From positions 1 through 19,511 of the forward strand of contig JBHGNT010000600.1 of assembly GCA_043228905.1 (NCBI GenBank): a stretch of 19,511 nt of DNA, written 5' to 3'. Positions 1-10,700 of the stretch are shown here, in pieces; the first letter of the stretch is position 1; each line of letters opens with the position of its first letter. The notes under the pieces are model-generated. The model had not been told where the DNA came from. It was given only the letters and a program-made list of their open reading frames with translations, and did no database searches. Origin of the DNA: Azolla caroliniana. Its lineage: Eukaryota > Plantae > Polypodiophyta. A program made the position numbers and the translations under genes.

Positions 1-1
1 G

Positions 2-1279
2 CTGAGTATAGCGGCAAGCATGGACCTCGAGGTAGAGCAGCTAGACGTGAAGACAACATTCCTTCACAGCGACCTTGAAGAGGAGATCTACATGCAGCAA
101 CCGGAAGGATTCGTGGAGAAAGGGAAGGAGCACCTGGTTTGCCGGTTCAAGAAGAGCCTCTACGGGTTGAAGCAAGCTCCCCGACAATGGTACCGGAAGT
201 TCGATTTCTTCATGACTGATCAAGGGTACCACAAGACGCAGGCCGATCACTTCGTGTTTGTGAAGAAGTTCGAAGGAGGCGACTTCCTGATACTCCTTCT
301 GTACGTGGATGACATGTTGATCGTCGGACGGGACCAAGCCAAAATACGGATGCTGAAGAAGGCTCTCAACCGGACCTTCTCAATGAAAGACTTGGGTCCG
401 GCAAGACAGATTCTAGGGATGCATATTATTCAGAACCGGTCAATGAAGCAATTGTGGCTGTCACAGGAGAAGTACGTGACAAAGGTGCTTCAGCGATTCA
501 ACATGTCAGGTGTGAAACCGGTCGGATCGACACTTCCGGCAAACTGCAGGCTATCCGCTAAGCAAAGCCCGAAGACGAAAGCAAAGAAGGCGAATATGAT
601 GAAGATTCCATATGCCTCTACCGTCGGGAGCTTGATGTACGCAATGTTGTGTACTCGACCGGATATAGGATACGCAGTCGGAGTGGTGAGCTGGTTTATG
701 AGCAATCCCGGCAAGGAGCACTAGAACGCGTTCAAATGGATACTCCGTTATTTGAAGGGTACTTCAAATATGTGTCTCCGATTCGGTTCTGGAAAACCTC
801 AACTTGATGGTTTCACCAATTCGGACATGTCGGCTGATGTGGATACCAGCCGGTCTACATCCGGGTATGTAATGACATATGCAGGGGGAGTTGTCTCGTG
901 GCAGTCGAGGCTGCAAAAGACGGTTGCATTGTCAACCACGGAGGCGGAGTACATGGCGGCTGTGGAAGCCAGCAAGGAAATATTATGGATGAAGGACTTC
1001 ATCGGAGAGCTCGGTATCCGGCAAGATGAATACCGGCTCTATTGCGATAGTCAAAGTGCCATCCATCTTGCTAAGAATGCGGCCTACCATTCCCGGACAA
1101 AGCATATCCAGCGAAGATATCACTGGATCCAGGAAAGAGTAGATGACCAGGAGTTCGCACTGACGAAGATCCACACGGCCGAGAACGGGTCAGATATGCT
1201 GACCAATGTGTTGATACCCGACAAGCTGGATGCATGCCGAAAGAGAATCGGACTGGTAAGACACCCCATGCCGGAGTGA
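2..1279 (+). pseudogene. pol: Copia pol C-terminus (reverse transcriptase + RNase H), Tnt1/Tork-like, one in-frame stop
   Basis: ORFs 20..724 and 752..1279 share a frame. Motifs: QLDVKTTFLH, SLYGLKQAPRQW, LLYVDDML, SWQSRLQKTVALSTTEAEY, YCDSQSAIHLAKN, RTKHI. TAG at 722-724 replaces a conserved Trp. The first RNase H catalytic Asp reads Asn (FTNSD). Confidence 0.95.
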
Positions 1280-1287
1280 AGGGGGAG
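1278..1287 (+). promoter_or_regulatory. Polypurine tract of copia A
   Basis: GAAGGGGGAG overlaps the pol stop and lies 2 nt before the LTR start TGTTGG. Confidence 0.9.
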
Positions 1288-1289
1288 TT

Positions 1290-2009
1290 TGTTGGGAGAC
1301 AGGTCCCTCCGGATGGGAAGGGAGAAGAACAGTGCCGATGAACAAACTAGGCCGAGGCCGAAACCGGATGAGGAGTACCCGGCTACGGAGAGCCGGATGG
1401 TACAGACCCGGTGAAGACCGGATGAGGAGTACCCGGTTACGGAGAGCCGGATGGTACAGACCCGGTGAAGACCGGATGAGGAGTACCCGGCTACGGAGAG
1501 CCGGATGGTACATACCCGGTGAGAACTGGATGAGGAGTACTCGGCTACGGAGAGCTGGATGGTGCAGACCCGGTGAGAACCGGATGAGGAGTTCTTGGCT
1601 ACGAAGAGCCGGATGGTGCAAACCCGGTGAGAACCGGATGAAGAGACATATTCGTAAATATGTTTCTGAGAGTCCATCATGGCTATATTTGTAAATAGCC
1701 GAAAAGTCATATTAGTATAAATATGACTTAGGGCAAACTTTTAGCTGCTGTTGTTATTCTTGTCTACACGAGACCAGAGTGCGTAACAGTGTACAAAGAG
1801 TGAGAGAGAGAGGAAGAGGTCGTTGCCTCTGATTGTAACCGCCGCCTGTGGCGAAGATCGTGAGCAAGAGGTCATTGCCTCCATGAACTCACTGTTGTAC
1901 ATTCTAACATAGTGATAGTTTGCAGCCTGTGGGTTGTCGTGGTTTTTTCCCTAGTTTGGGTTTTTCCACATAAACATCCTGTGTACTCTTCTCTTTTCTG
2001 TGTCGAACA
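1290..2009 (+). repeat. 3' LTR of copia A (~720 bp)
   Basis: Starts TGTT after the PPT and ends AACA at 2009, where B gag homology begins. TATAAATA at 1716-1723. The partner LTR is not in the window, so the boundaries are inferred. Confidence 0.8.
1363..1644 (+). repeat. 54-bp tandem repeat, 5 copies plus a partial copy, in U3 of the copia LTR
   Basis: Unit ACCGGATGAGGAGTACCCGGCTACGGAGAGCCGGATGGTACAGACCCGGTGAAG; unit starts at 1363, 1417, 1471, 1525, 1579, 1633. Confidence 0.95.
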
Positions 2010-2445
2010 TCTATTTCCCGTTTTCTGTGTATGATTCTAAGCTTGGTTGTGGCCGAGCGTTGCGTATAGGGAGCGTGCAGCTCCTGTCATCCTCGTCCTC
2101 CGGTCCTCCTGGGGTGTCGTTGCTGCTGCGATAGTTCGTGTGCGCGCTGTAACCCCCTTCCGAATCTGATTCCAGTGCCGAAAATGCTTCAGAGTCGCCG
2201 TCTCTTCCTGCCAAGTCCTGGAGAAGGGATTCCGCTTCCCAGAGGCTGCTTAAGGTGCTTCCTTCGTCCGGGTAAGCGTTTTGTTGCAAACGGAGCGACT
2301 CCTCCGCCACTTTCCGGATCACTTTGGAAAATGATCGATCCGATCGGATTTCTTCCGCCGCTTGCTGGAAAGCCTCTCTCCGCCTTCATCGTTCAACAAG
2401 TCTTCGTGCTCTCTCCGTAACCAGGTCGTCTGTTGGCCTAGTCAT
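2010..2445 (-). pseudogene. gag: N-terminal extension of gag of element B, cut by copia A
   Basis: MTRPTDDLVTERARRLVER*RRREAFQQAAEEIRSDRSFSKVIRKVAEES...PDEGSTLSSLWEAESLLQDLAGRDGDSEAFSALE aligns with D 7712 onward (MSRPNDDHITE*GRR...PDEGSSITSLQEAETILQTLASGDGDSEAFATLE). Confidence 0.85.
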
Positions 2446-2483
2446 CCATTCCCGCCACTGTTCACTGCGATTGTGCAGGAATC

Positions 2484-2493
2484 GTGGTCGCCA
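2484..2493 (-). promoter_or_regulatory. Primer binding site of B (TGGCGACCAC, probably tRNA-Arg)
   Basis: Lies 7 nt after the LTR end on the - strand and is identical to the D PBS. Confidence 0.8.
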
Positions 2494-2500
2494 AAAACTG

Positions 2501-2936
2501 TGTTAATCCTAGGGCCGGACAACAGCCTAACACAGGGTGTCCACTTAAGACACTTCACCAAAGGGTGTTACGGCAAGATGACTTACAACACAACGCTTAA
2601 TTAGACCTTAATTGGTTACTTAGTAATACGTCATTACACGTGTAAGATATAACAATGAGTACAGAACAGTAATCAATATTGAAAGGTTAAGGCAATAAGT
2701 TCTATTAATTATCCGCTATCAATTACATTGTAACCGGGCCTTTATATAGGTCTCCAATGCGAAGTACAAAACGGTGCCAACCAGCACCTATTCGGAATCG
2801 GTCCGAATCCGGATCGGCATACCGATTCCGGTCTGCCCATCCATATTAATAAAATAATTACAACAGTTCCCGAATAAACTATTCCTTTCACACTCTGGTG
2901 TGGACATCCTTAAGCCTTCTTCTCGGCCGGGTAACA
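2501..2936 (-). repeat. 5' LTR of element B (436 bp)
   Basis: The - strand reads TGTTACCCGGCCG...GTCCGGCCCTAGGATTAACA and is colinear, with indels, with the LTR at 17937-18385. It contains TATATAAAGG. Confidence 0.9.
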
Positions 2937-4696
2937 CCAAGCGGAACGGAATTATTCTAGAACGGAAAGGGAGGCCTTGGGTATGATCTACAGTGTCACC
3001 AAGTTTAGACACTATCTATTGGGAAGGAAATTTTCCTTTCACGTAGATCATTCCGTGCTCCTCTATTTGGTGTCAAAAGTATCACTCACCAGTAAGTTGG
3101 CCCGGTGGACGTTACTATTGCAAGAATTCGAGTTCGAGATATTCCGCTGACCCGGCATACAACATGCGGTCGCAGATTATTTAAGCCGGTTGGATTCCGG
3201 CGAAACCGGTGACGGAGTCCCAGACGACTTTGCGGATGCAGCACTGTTCAGAGTAACAACTGAAACATCATCGGATAGTACGGTCGCAGAGGAAGACAAG
3301 TGGCTTACCAACATGCACCAATTTCTGAGCACCGGCTTACCTCCGGAGGAGATGAACAGAGACGAGAGGACACGCTTAGCAATTCAAAGCCGACACTTCT
3401 GTATATTACAAGACACATTGTACCACAAAGGCGCCAATGGCATATGGCGGTGTGCAGTGCGCAACGACGAAAAGGACATAATATTGCGCGAAGCACATTG
3501 CGGCGTGGCTGGAGGACATTATGCCGGAGACGCTACGGCAAGGAAAATATGGCAGAGTGGACTATGTTGGCCGACAACATTGAAGGATGCAGTCCGGTAC
3601 GCTAAAGAATGCGACCTATGTCAATGAATGGGCCAACCAACCGAACAAGCTAGAATGCCTCACCAACCCATGCTACTGTTAGAACCATTTCAGAAATGGG
3701 GGCTAGATTTTGTCGGTCCATTCAAACCACCGGTAATGAGAACTGGCAACCGATACGTGATCATCGCTACGGATTACTACACGAAATGGATGGAAGCGAA
3801 AGCACTACGCGACAACACCACGGCATCCACATCAAAAATTTTATATGAATGCATCTGGTGCCAGTATGGATGTCCGATTGAGCTCATAAGTGACCAAGGT
3901 GGGCACTTCTTAGGGCAAGTAGTGGAAAGTTTGACGACATTTTATGCGGTGGTGCACAAACGAAGCACTCCCTATTATCCGCAAGCCAACGGATTAGCAG
4001 AGTCAACAAATAAAACACTACAGAATATTCTACAAAAAATCGTCAATGAGAACCGGACAGATTGGGATACAAAGCTGCACAGTGCACTCTGGGCCTACCG
4101 AACGGCATATAAGACAAGTATCCGCACAACACCGTTTCGCCTAGCATTCGGATTGGAAGCAGTGATGTCGGTAGAGTTCCAGGTACCGAGTTTACGAATA
4201 TAGATTCGGGAACACCTAAATGAGAAGGAATTGGAAGCTATCCGGTTAAATGCATTGTGCGAAATTGGAAGAACACCGGCTAGCCAACATCATGCACCTA
4301 GAACTAGAGCAGTGGCAAAGGACAGCGTTCATGGATCGTTACCGAAAAGGGAACGAAAAGATGTTCGGAATCGGTAAGCCGGTACTCGTGTTCCAAACCC
4401 GGATGGTTAAGATGCCGGGAAAGCTACGGTTTCGGTGGACCGGACCATACTGGATTACGCATGAGTTCAACGGTTCCTACCAATTAGGGACACTCGCCGG
4501 CGAGGTTCTAGGTAAATGGGTCAATGGGTTCCGACTCAAATCATACAATGGACCCATGCCAAGAAACCCATTTGAACAAGTGAAGGGCGACACAGAACCG
4601 AACACCGGTAAGTCGGAAGCGACGACAAGTGGTCCACGGCCGGCAAGGACCACAATATGGATAGGGGTCCAGTGGGATCGGTTGCGAATTAGCTAA
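2937..4696 (+). pseudogene. pol: Gypsy pol of C: RNase H C-terminal part + integrase (HHCC, DDE core, GPY motif)
   Basis: ERNYSRTEREALG, EAHCGVAGGH...CDLCQ, WGLDFVGP, ISDQG, PQANGLAESTN, RWTGPY. Stops at ~3148, 3625 and 4201; frameshift near 4262. Confidence 0.93.
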
Positions 4697-4708
4697 ACCA
4701 TTTTTATA

Positions 4709-4729
4709 AATAATAATAATAATAATAAT
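4709..4729 (+). repeat. (AAT)7 microsatellite just after the pol stop of C
   Basis: Direct reading. Confidence 0.9.
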
Positions 4730-5090
4730 AAAATCGTATCTAATCAAATCAAAGTAAATCATGCAAGGGTGAGGGGTGAACGGACACATGCAAAAACAAG
4801 GAGTGAACAGGCACTTTGAAAAGGTATGTAGTGGGCTATTAATAGGGTATTAAACCACCGCCACATGGCACGACATTCTATTTTAGTACACGACGTGCAC
4901 ACGCGCGGGTAAGAAAAAAACAAGCGCCAACATGCAACAAGAAGACCCCCGCCACATACAAACCCTCACATTTCGCAAACAGAGGAGCACAAATGCAGAC
5001 AGGCGATTGAAGATCAGCAGACGCGAGCCCACACACACAGAGCCTCTTCACACACAACCCTCACCAGTGCTCACCGACCTCGACGAATCC

Positions 5091-7270
5091 ATGGACTGCC
5101 AAGCACTCTCTGAAGAAGCCAAGAAGTGGCTAAGCCAACACGGGTTAGAAGGTTTCCTCACAATCATGGAGGCGCCACCGCACTGGGAGTCAGAGAAGAT
5201 ATTCAAAGAGATCGACACGGAGCTAATCACGGAGGAGGCCATCCATGCGTTGATTGGCCTTCCGGAGGGGGGCATCTTCACCATCGACAACCCTACCCCG
5301 GAGCAGATCCGAAAATATTTTGGGGAATACTATCTAGCAAGCAAGGCCTACCGACACAGGGCGGCGAAGATCCACTCTTTCGAGAGAATGCCCGTGTGCT
5401 CCATGAATTTGGATATGTACACCCTCGACCCCCGTGCATGCCCTAGAACCGGGCCGGCTTAATCATAGCCACATATGAAGGCGTGAAGGTGGACTGGGCG
5501 GTACTGATTGCGGATGGCCTCTGCGCGGCAATCGACTCTGTCAGAGGCAAGGAAGGTCGGAAGATATGGACGACAGTGGCACAATGGCTCACCCTATTGG
5601 CGCCACCTATCGAACCCGTCAAGACCACGAAGCGGGGAAGAACAACTAAAGGCACCCCGAAAACGGCCTCGAAACGGCAGCAGCTATTGGCTTCTAAGGC
5701 AACCAAAGGGAAGGCGGCCAACACGGACCAGGCGGCGAAGGAGCGCGCCAATAGGAAGCGGCAGGCGGAAACACAGGAGGAGCCACCGGTACGGCCAATC
5801 AAGATCAGGCTTAGCCGACCGGTCCAACAAGCGTCGGACCCCTTAGCAACAAAAATCATCATCGGGACTCGGGAGGAGGAAGCGGAGGAGGAACCGTTAG
5901 AGCACCTCCGAACATGCTAGGGAGAGTTCGGACCCAAAGAAGGATGGAACACTTGTACCCCGCATTGAGTAGCTCGCACCAAGGATGGAACCGGAACCGG
6001 TTCGGACAGAACCAGTCACAGAGCTCCCTACACACCAACCTCTACCGGCGGGTCAGGATATGGCAAGACCTGAAATGCAAGCGCCAGAAGTACAGTTGCC
6101 TACCCCACCGGCAAGCCAAGAGCATTCAGAGGCGGAGCGGCCAACCGAACCGCAACCAGAAAGTGGTCACCAACAAGAGCCAGAGTTGCAGCTCGACGCA
6201 ACTGGATAAAACCGACCACTAGCTAACGACACCAACAGCCAACCCTCCAGGCAAACGCAACAATAGGGCACCAGCAGCCAAGTGGATTGGAGAACAGATT
6301 GCCAAAGTGGTACACTACATAGAGGCAGAAGAGATAGCGCAGATGGACCGGTTGCTCATCACAACCGGAGAACTAGAGACAGCCCAGTCAAGGATCTGGA
6401 GCCTAGAACAAGACTTGGACCTGACCACATAAGAATTGGCCAAAATGGCCTTAACCGGACCATAGCTCCAAGCACCGGTGACTCCGATAGATGTACAGAA
6501 TAAAGAAGCATCGGCACCTGAACATAGCAATAAGACCCCGGAGACAGAACCAGTCCCGGCGATAGTGGCGGCGCAAGCAAAAGAGCTTGCTAAATTGAGA
6601 GATGAACTGGCCGCACAAGAAGCATTACGCACCCGAGAGCAGGACTTGAAGAAAGCGGCAGAAGAAGAGCAACGAAAGACTACTGAGAACATCCGCCAGG
6701 CAGAAGAGAATCTGCGGAAAGGACATCAGGCCTATGACCGGTTAAAGGAGGAGAAAGAGAAGGTGCTGCAAGAAAAGGAGAAGCTGCGACGGATGGCGGA
6801 AACAGATATCGAAAGGCTGAAAGAAGAACTCCGCCGGCAACTCAACCAAAAGCTGAACTAGAAGACCGATGATTTTGAGCACCTGCACCGGGACTACAAG
6901 CACCTGGATACGGAGCACAAGAAACAGCAGGAGAAGATGGCAGAGCACTGGCAGGAGGTGCATCAAGTTGAGACGGCGCTGGCGGAGGAACGGGCTAAAA
7001 GAACCACGTTGCTAGAGGAAGCTGCGCAAGAACGGATGGAGCTGCATAATCAGCATTATGAAGAGAAGGAAAGAGCGACAATGGTATTGCAAAGGCTACA
7101 GAACACCGATCAAACCCAATTGTCACATTACTGGGAGCAGGAGATCGATACGGTGGCACTAATCAAGCAGTTGAAGGACGAATGGCAAGCCGCGGAGGAT
7201 AAATCGAAGATGGGATTGGAGCGGATCCAGTTCATTGTCCAGGCATAGAGAAACAAGACCAAACGCTTGA
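5091..7270 (+). pseudogene. Extra 3' ORF of C, 5' portion (N-terminal conserved domain, low-complexity linker, coiled coil), with stops and frameshifts
   Basis: MDCQALSEEAKKWLSQHGLEGFL...YFGEY...KAYR...ATYEGVKVDW...VAQWLTLLAPP matches the D ORF starting at 13950. Pieces: 4932..5462, 5126..5446, 5483..5920, 5985..6209, 6478..6861, 6937..7248. Confidence 0.85.
7266..7270 (+). repeat. Left target-site duplication of D (CTTGA)
   Basis: Identical to 17311-17315. Confidence 0.95.
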
Positions 7271-7660
7271 TGTTGACCGGTTAGAAGAGCAAGGGCAAGT
7301 GGGAAGGCGGAGTCGGATCGGATAATAGGAAGTAAATAATAGTATAATTATTATTCAGAGGGACGGATCCGGTACAGTTGTACCGATCCGGATCCGGACC
7401 GATTCGGATGCCGGTTGCCTAAGCGCACCAATTGTAACCTTGCCGGATGCCTATAAAAGGATCCGATGATTTGTAAAGGCTTGACGGAAGTAATACAAAA
7501 GTAATTATTGCGTGTTTATCTGTATCTTTGTATTGTTTTACCGTCTGTGCTTAATTTTAATCATCTTACGCGTGTAACCTAGCGTCCAATCCTTACCACC
7601 CCTTTGGAGAAGTGTCGGATAGACACCTGTGTTGAGGCTAGTCCGGCCAGGCAGACAACA
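7271..7660 (+). repeat. 5' LTR of D (390 bp)
   Basis: TGTTGACC...AGACAACA. Manual alignment to 16921-17310 gives 13 substitutions and no indels. TATAAAA at 7452-7458. Confidence 0.97.
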
Positions 7661-7666
7661 CTATTT

Positions 7667-7676
7667 TGGCGACCAC
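7667..7676 (+). promoter_or_regulatory. Primer binding site of D (TGGCGACCAC, probably tRNA-Arg(UCG))
   Basis: Lies 6 nt after the LTR. Complementary to ...GUGGUCGCCA-3', the recalled 3' end of plant tRNA-Arg(UCG). Confidence 0.8.
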
Positions 7677-7711
7677 GATTCCTGCAAAGTGCAGAGGACA
7701 ACCGGGGATGG

Positions 7712-10700
7712 ATGTCTAGACCAAACGACGACCACATCACCGAATGAGGGAGACGATACACCGAACGAGAGCAACGACGGGAAGCCCTGCAGCAAGCCGT
7801 CGACGAGATCCGGCGGGATCGGTCATTCTCCAGAACTCTTCGGAGAGTTGTAGAAGAGGCACTGCAGTTCCGGGTTCTGCAAGTCCCCGATGAAGGCAGT
7901 AGCATAACAAGCCTGCAAGAGGCGGAAACGATACTACAGACGCTCGCCAGTGGCGACGGGGACTCGGAAGCATTCGCGACACTTGAGGCGGAGTCGAAAA
8001 GCGACGGAAGCGTTGCGTCCCGGTATAAAAGCAACCACAACACACCAAACGACCCGGGGGAAGAAGGGTCGGAAGACTCAGTAACACCGGAGCCAGAGGA
8101 AGAAATAACCTTGGAGTTCGGTGACCGGAAATCGCCGAGGGAGGCTGACCGGATACCGACAACACCGGCGAAGGAACCGAAGGAGCGGATACTGACAACA
8201 CCCGCGGAGGAACCAAAGGACCGGACACCGGCAACACCCGCGGAGGAACTGAAGGAGCGGATACCGGCACCAACCGCGGAGGAACCAAAGGTTCTCACAC
8301 CAACGCCAACAGCGGACAGAGAGCGGAGAAAGCAGGAGAGTCAGTTGGAAGACACGATGTCGTACCCATACCCAAAGTACCGGGATGAGCCCGACGCGGG
8401 AGGCACACGTGTACGCATTCCTCCAAACATGGGAAGCCAACCATGTCTCCCAAAGACTAACGGAGCCCGAAGCCGAACGATCCAAGGTCACCGAATTCGG
8501 CATGACCTTAGAAGGACCTGCGGCCCGATGGCACGCAAAGCACTTACCGGGCAGCTTTGCCACATTCGATGCCTTGAAGGCCAAATTCCTTAGGCTTTTT
8601 CACAAATAAGTTGAGCAAAGGGAATTGGTCGGGCAGTTCTACACCACCCGGCAGGAAGAGAACGAGACTGTGCCACAATTCATCATTCGGTTTCAGACCC
8701 TGCACAACCAACTGACGAGAGCACCATCCGAAGACGAAGCCAAAGCAGTCTTTTTGGCCGTGCTGAAAGAGCCACTTCGAACAATGTGCGGAGTCCTTGA
8801 TTTCCGCACCAGCACAATGGACCAAGTTATTGATCGGGTCTTAGAAATGGACAAGACTAGCTCCTTCTTGTCAATGGGGATGTTACACCGGGCACTCCCG
8901 AAGGAGGAAGACCTGAGGTTCCGACAGGCCTTACAATGCACAACATGCCTAAATTCGGGCCACTCAACGGTAGACTGCACCCTGCGGACACAATGTATGA
9001 TCTGCAACTCTCGAGCCCATACAACGGACCGATGCGAATATAACCTGTTAAATCGGCAGGCAGCACCGGTTCGACACATAGAACCGCGCAATCAGAACCC
9101 GGATGAGGATCGATTCCGAAGAGACGACCGCTACCAACGCGAACGCGGTAACAGATACGCTGATAGAAGACGCGATAACTATGACCGAGAGGAGAAACGT
9201 AGAGATAGCTACCCCCGGGACCGGTACAACCGAGACGAATCCCCGGAATACGAACGACGCAGAGAAGAGAGGCGACAAGGGAACCGAAATTTCCGACAGA
9301 ATCAGAAGCGTGGATTTTTCCGAAGAGAGGAACGTCGGGAGGCAGCAAGGAATGACAACCCGGTATCGGTACCGGATAACCGAAAAACCGAAGACGACCG
9401 CCGAAGTATACCCACCCTCCAAACCGGGGACAAAGGAGAAACGAGCAACAGTCACAAGTTGTACTGTTATTACTGTCGTAAGGAGGGCCATTATAGTAAC
9501 CAATGCCCAAGCAAAACCAATGACAAGCAGCCGGCAGTCAACATGGTTACAGCCGAAATAACAGAAGTACAGCAGGTCACAACCCGGTCAAAGGGAAAGA
9601 CCGCCGAGTGGGAAGCCCAAGAGGCAATTAGAAAACAAGCGGCGCAATGGATAAAGGAGGCCAATGAACAGAATGCGGCAGAAGTAAGAGACCACAATAT
9701 GCCAAAAGACGAAGAAATCATACAGCCAGGAGAAAACCCGACATGGCAAGCGCTACAGGACTGTCAAATCGTGTTGCCATTAGCACGGCTACTACAGTTG
9801 GTGCCACGGTTTACGGCAGACTTACAGGCATCCGTGAGCAAACCGAAGCCGACGCCAGCACCGGCATTCTTCTCCAACCCGGAGGAAGGACCAGTTGTGG
9901 TCGATACAAGTAGCCCGGCGATCACGGCAATCGTGAAAGGAAAGGAAATTGCTGGAACGATTATTGACGGAGGCTCCGGGGTAAATGTCATCAGCCGACA
10001 GACATGCGACAACCTGGGCATCCGAGAATGGGAACCATGCCCCTTTTGGTTACGCATGGCGGACACCAGCTCAGTCCAACCGACCGGGCTTATCCTGGAT
10101 TTGGAAGTAACAATCGGAGGCCACGTATTCCGGATATCAGCCGTGGTGCTGCAGCTGAATGTACAAGGCGCGTACCCCCTACTGCTAGGACGACCATGGC
10201 TGCGAACGGCGCATATCAAGCAGAACTGGCAAAAGAACATGATCACATTCCGGCAAGGGAAAACAAAGGTACGAGTAACGGCGCAACCACGGGTGATCAC
10301 CAGTAAGGAAGCAACTCCATTGTATGCGGAAAGCATCAACATGTTGGAGGGATTACCGGACGAGGAAGTCGATCGGTACCTCAAGGAACACCCACGAATC
10401 GTCCCACTATTTGAGGTGGATATCACGGCGGCAGTAGAACCGTACATCACCACACCGGACGAACCGGACCAAGCGGCGATCCAGGAACTACGACAAGTGC
10501 AGGAATCCCTAGAGAGGGAAATGACGATATCCCAGAGGGTAAAAGCATCCCAACTAGAGGAGGTGGACCTCGGCACAACAGACAAGCCCCGACCGGTAAA
10601 TGTCGCAAAGGAATTGCCGAAGGAAGAAAAGAAGGCAATGGTAGCATTATTAACAGACTTCAAGGATGTGTTCGCGTGGTCATACGAAGACATGCGAGGG

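Larger units (their letters stand above)
1..2009 (+). mobile_element. Ty1/copia LTR retrotransposon A, 3' part (RT-RNase H, PPT, 3' LTR); 5' part lies left of the window; inserted into gag of element B
   Basis: Copia RT/RH motifs, then a purine tract, then a TGTTGG...CGAACA LTR whose end abuts the truncated gag of B at 2010. Confidence 0.92.
2010..2936 (-). mobile_element. Ty3/gypsy element B, 5' end (LTR, PBS, gag start), inverted relative to C and D, inserted in RNase H of C
   Basis: The reverse complement is homologous to C's LTR and to D's PBS/gag start. The LTR terminus at 2936 directly abuts RNase H codons (AERNYS...) of C. Confidence 0.88.

Noticed and set aside
1363-1644. CRISPR-like appearance of the repeat array
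   Set aside because: Units are contiguous with no unique spacers, there are no cas genes, and the context is a eukaryotic retroelement.
1120-1710. ORFs 1120..1710(-), 1190..1621(-) and 1332..1694(+) with 18-aa repeats
   Set aside because: By-products of a stop-poor 54-bp tandem repeat within an LTR; open in several frames.
2501-2936. B LTR as the inverted 5' LTR of element C
   Set aside because: It differs from C's LTR by many substitutions and indels, and the junction falls exactly at the LTR terminus inside RNase H, which fits an independent insertion.
8385-8410. Programmed frameshift inside gag
   Set aside because: A single extra G in a short G run restores DEPDAEAHV; more likely a mutation or sequencing error.
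9764-10693. Long antisense ORFs (309 aa here; also 7579..8298, 8857..9510, 14126..14860)
   Set aside because: Shadows of the purine-rich sense ORFs, with S/V/F-biased composition and no recognisable motifs.
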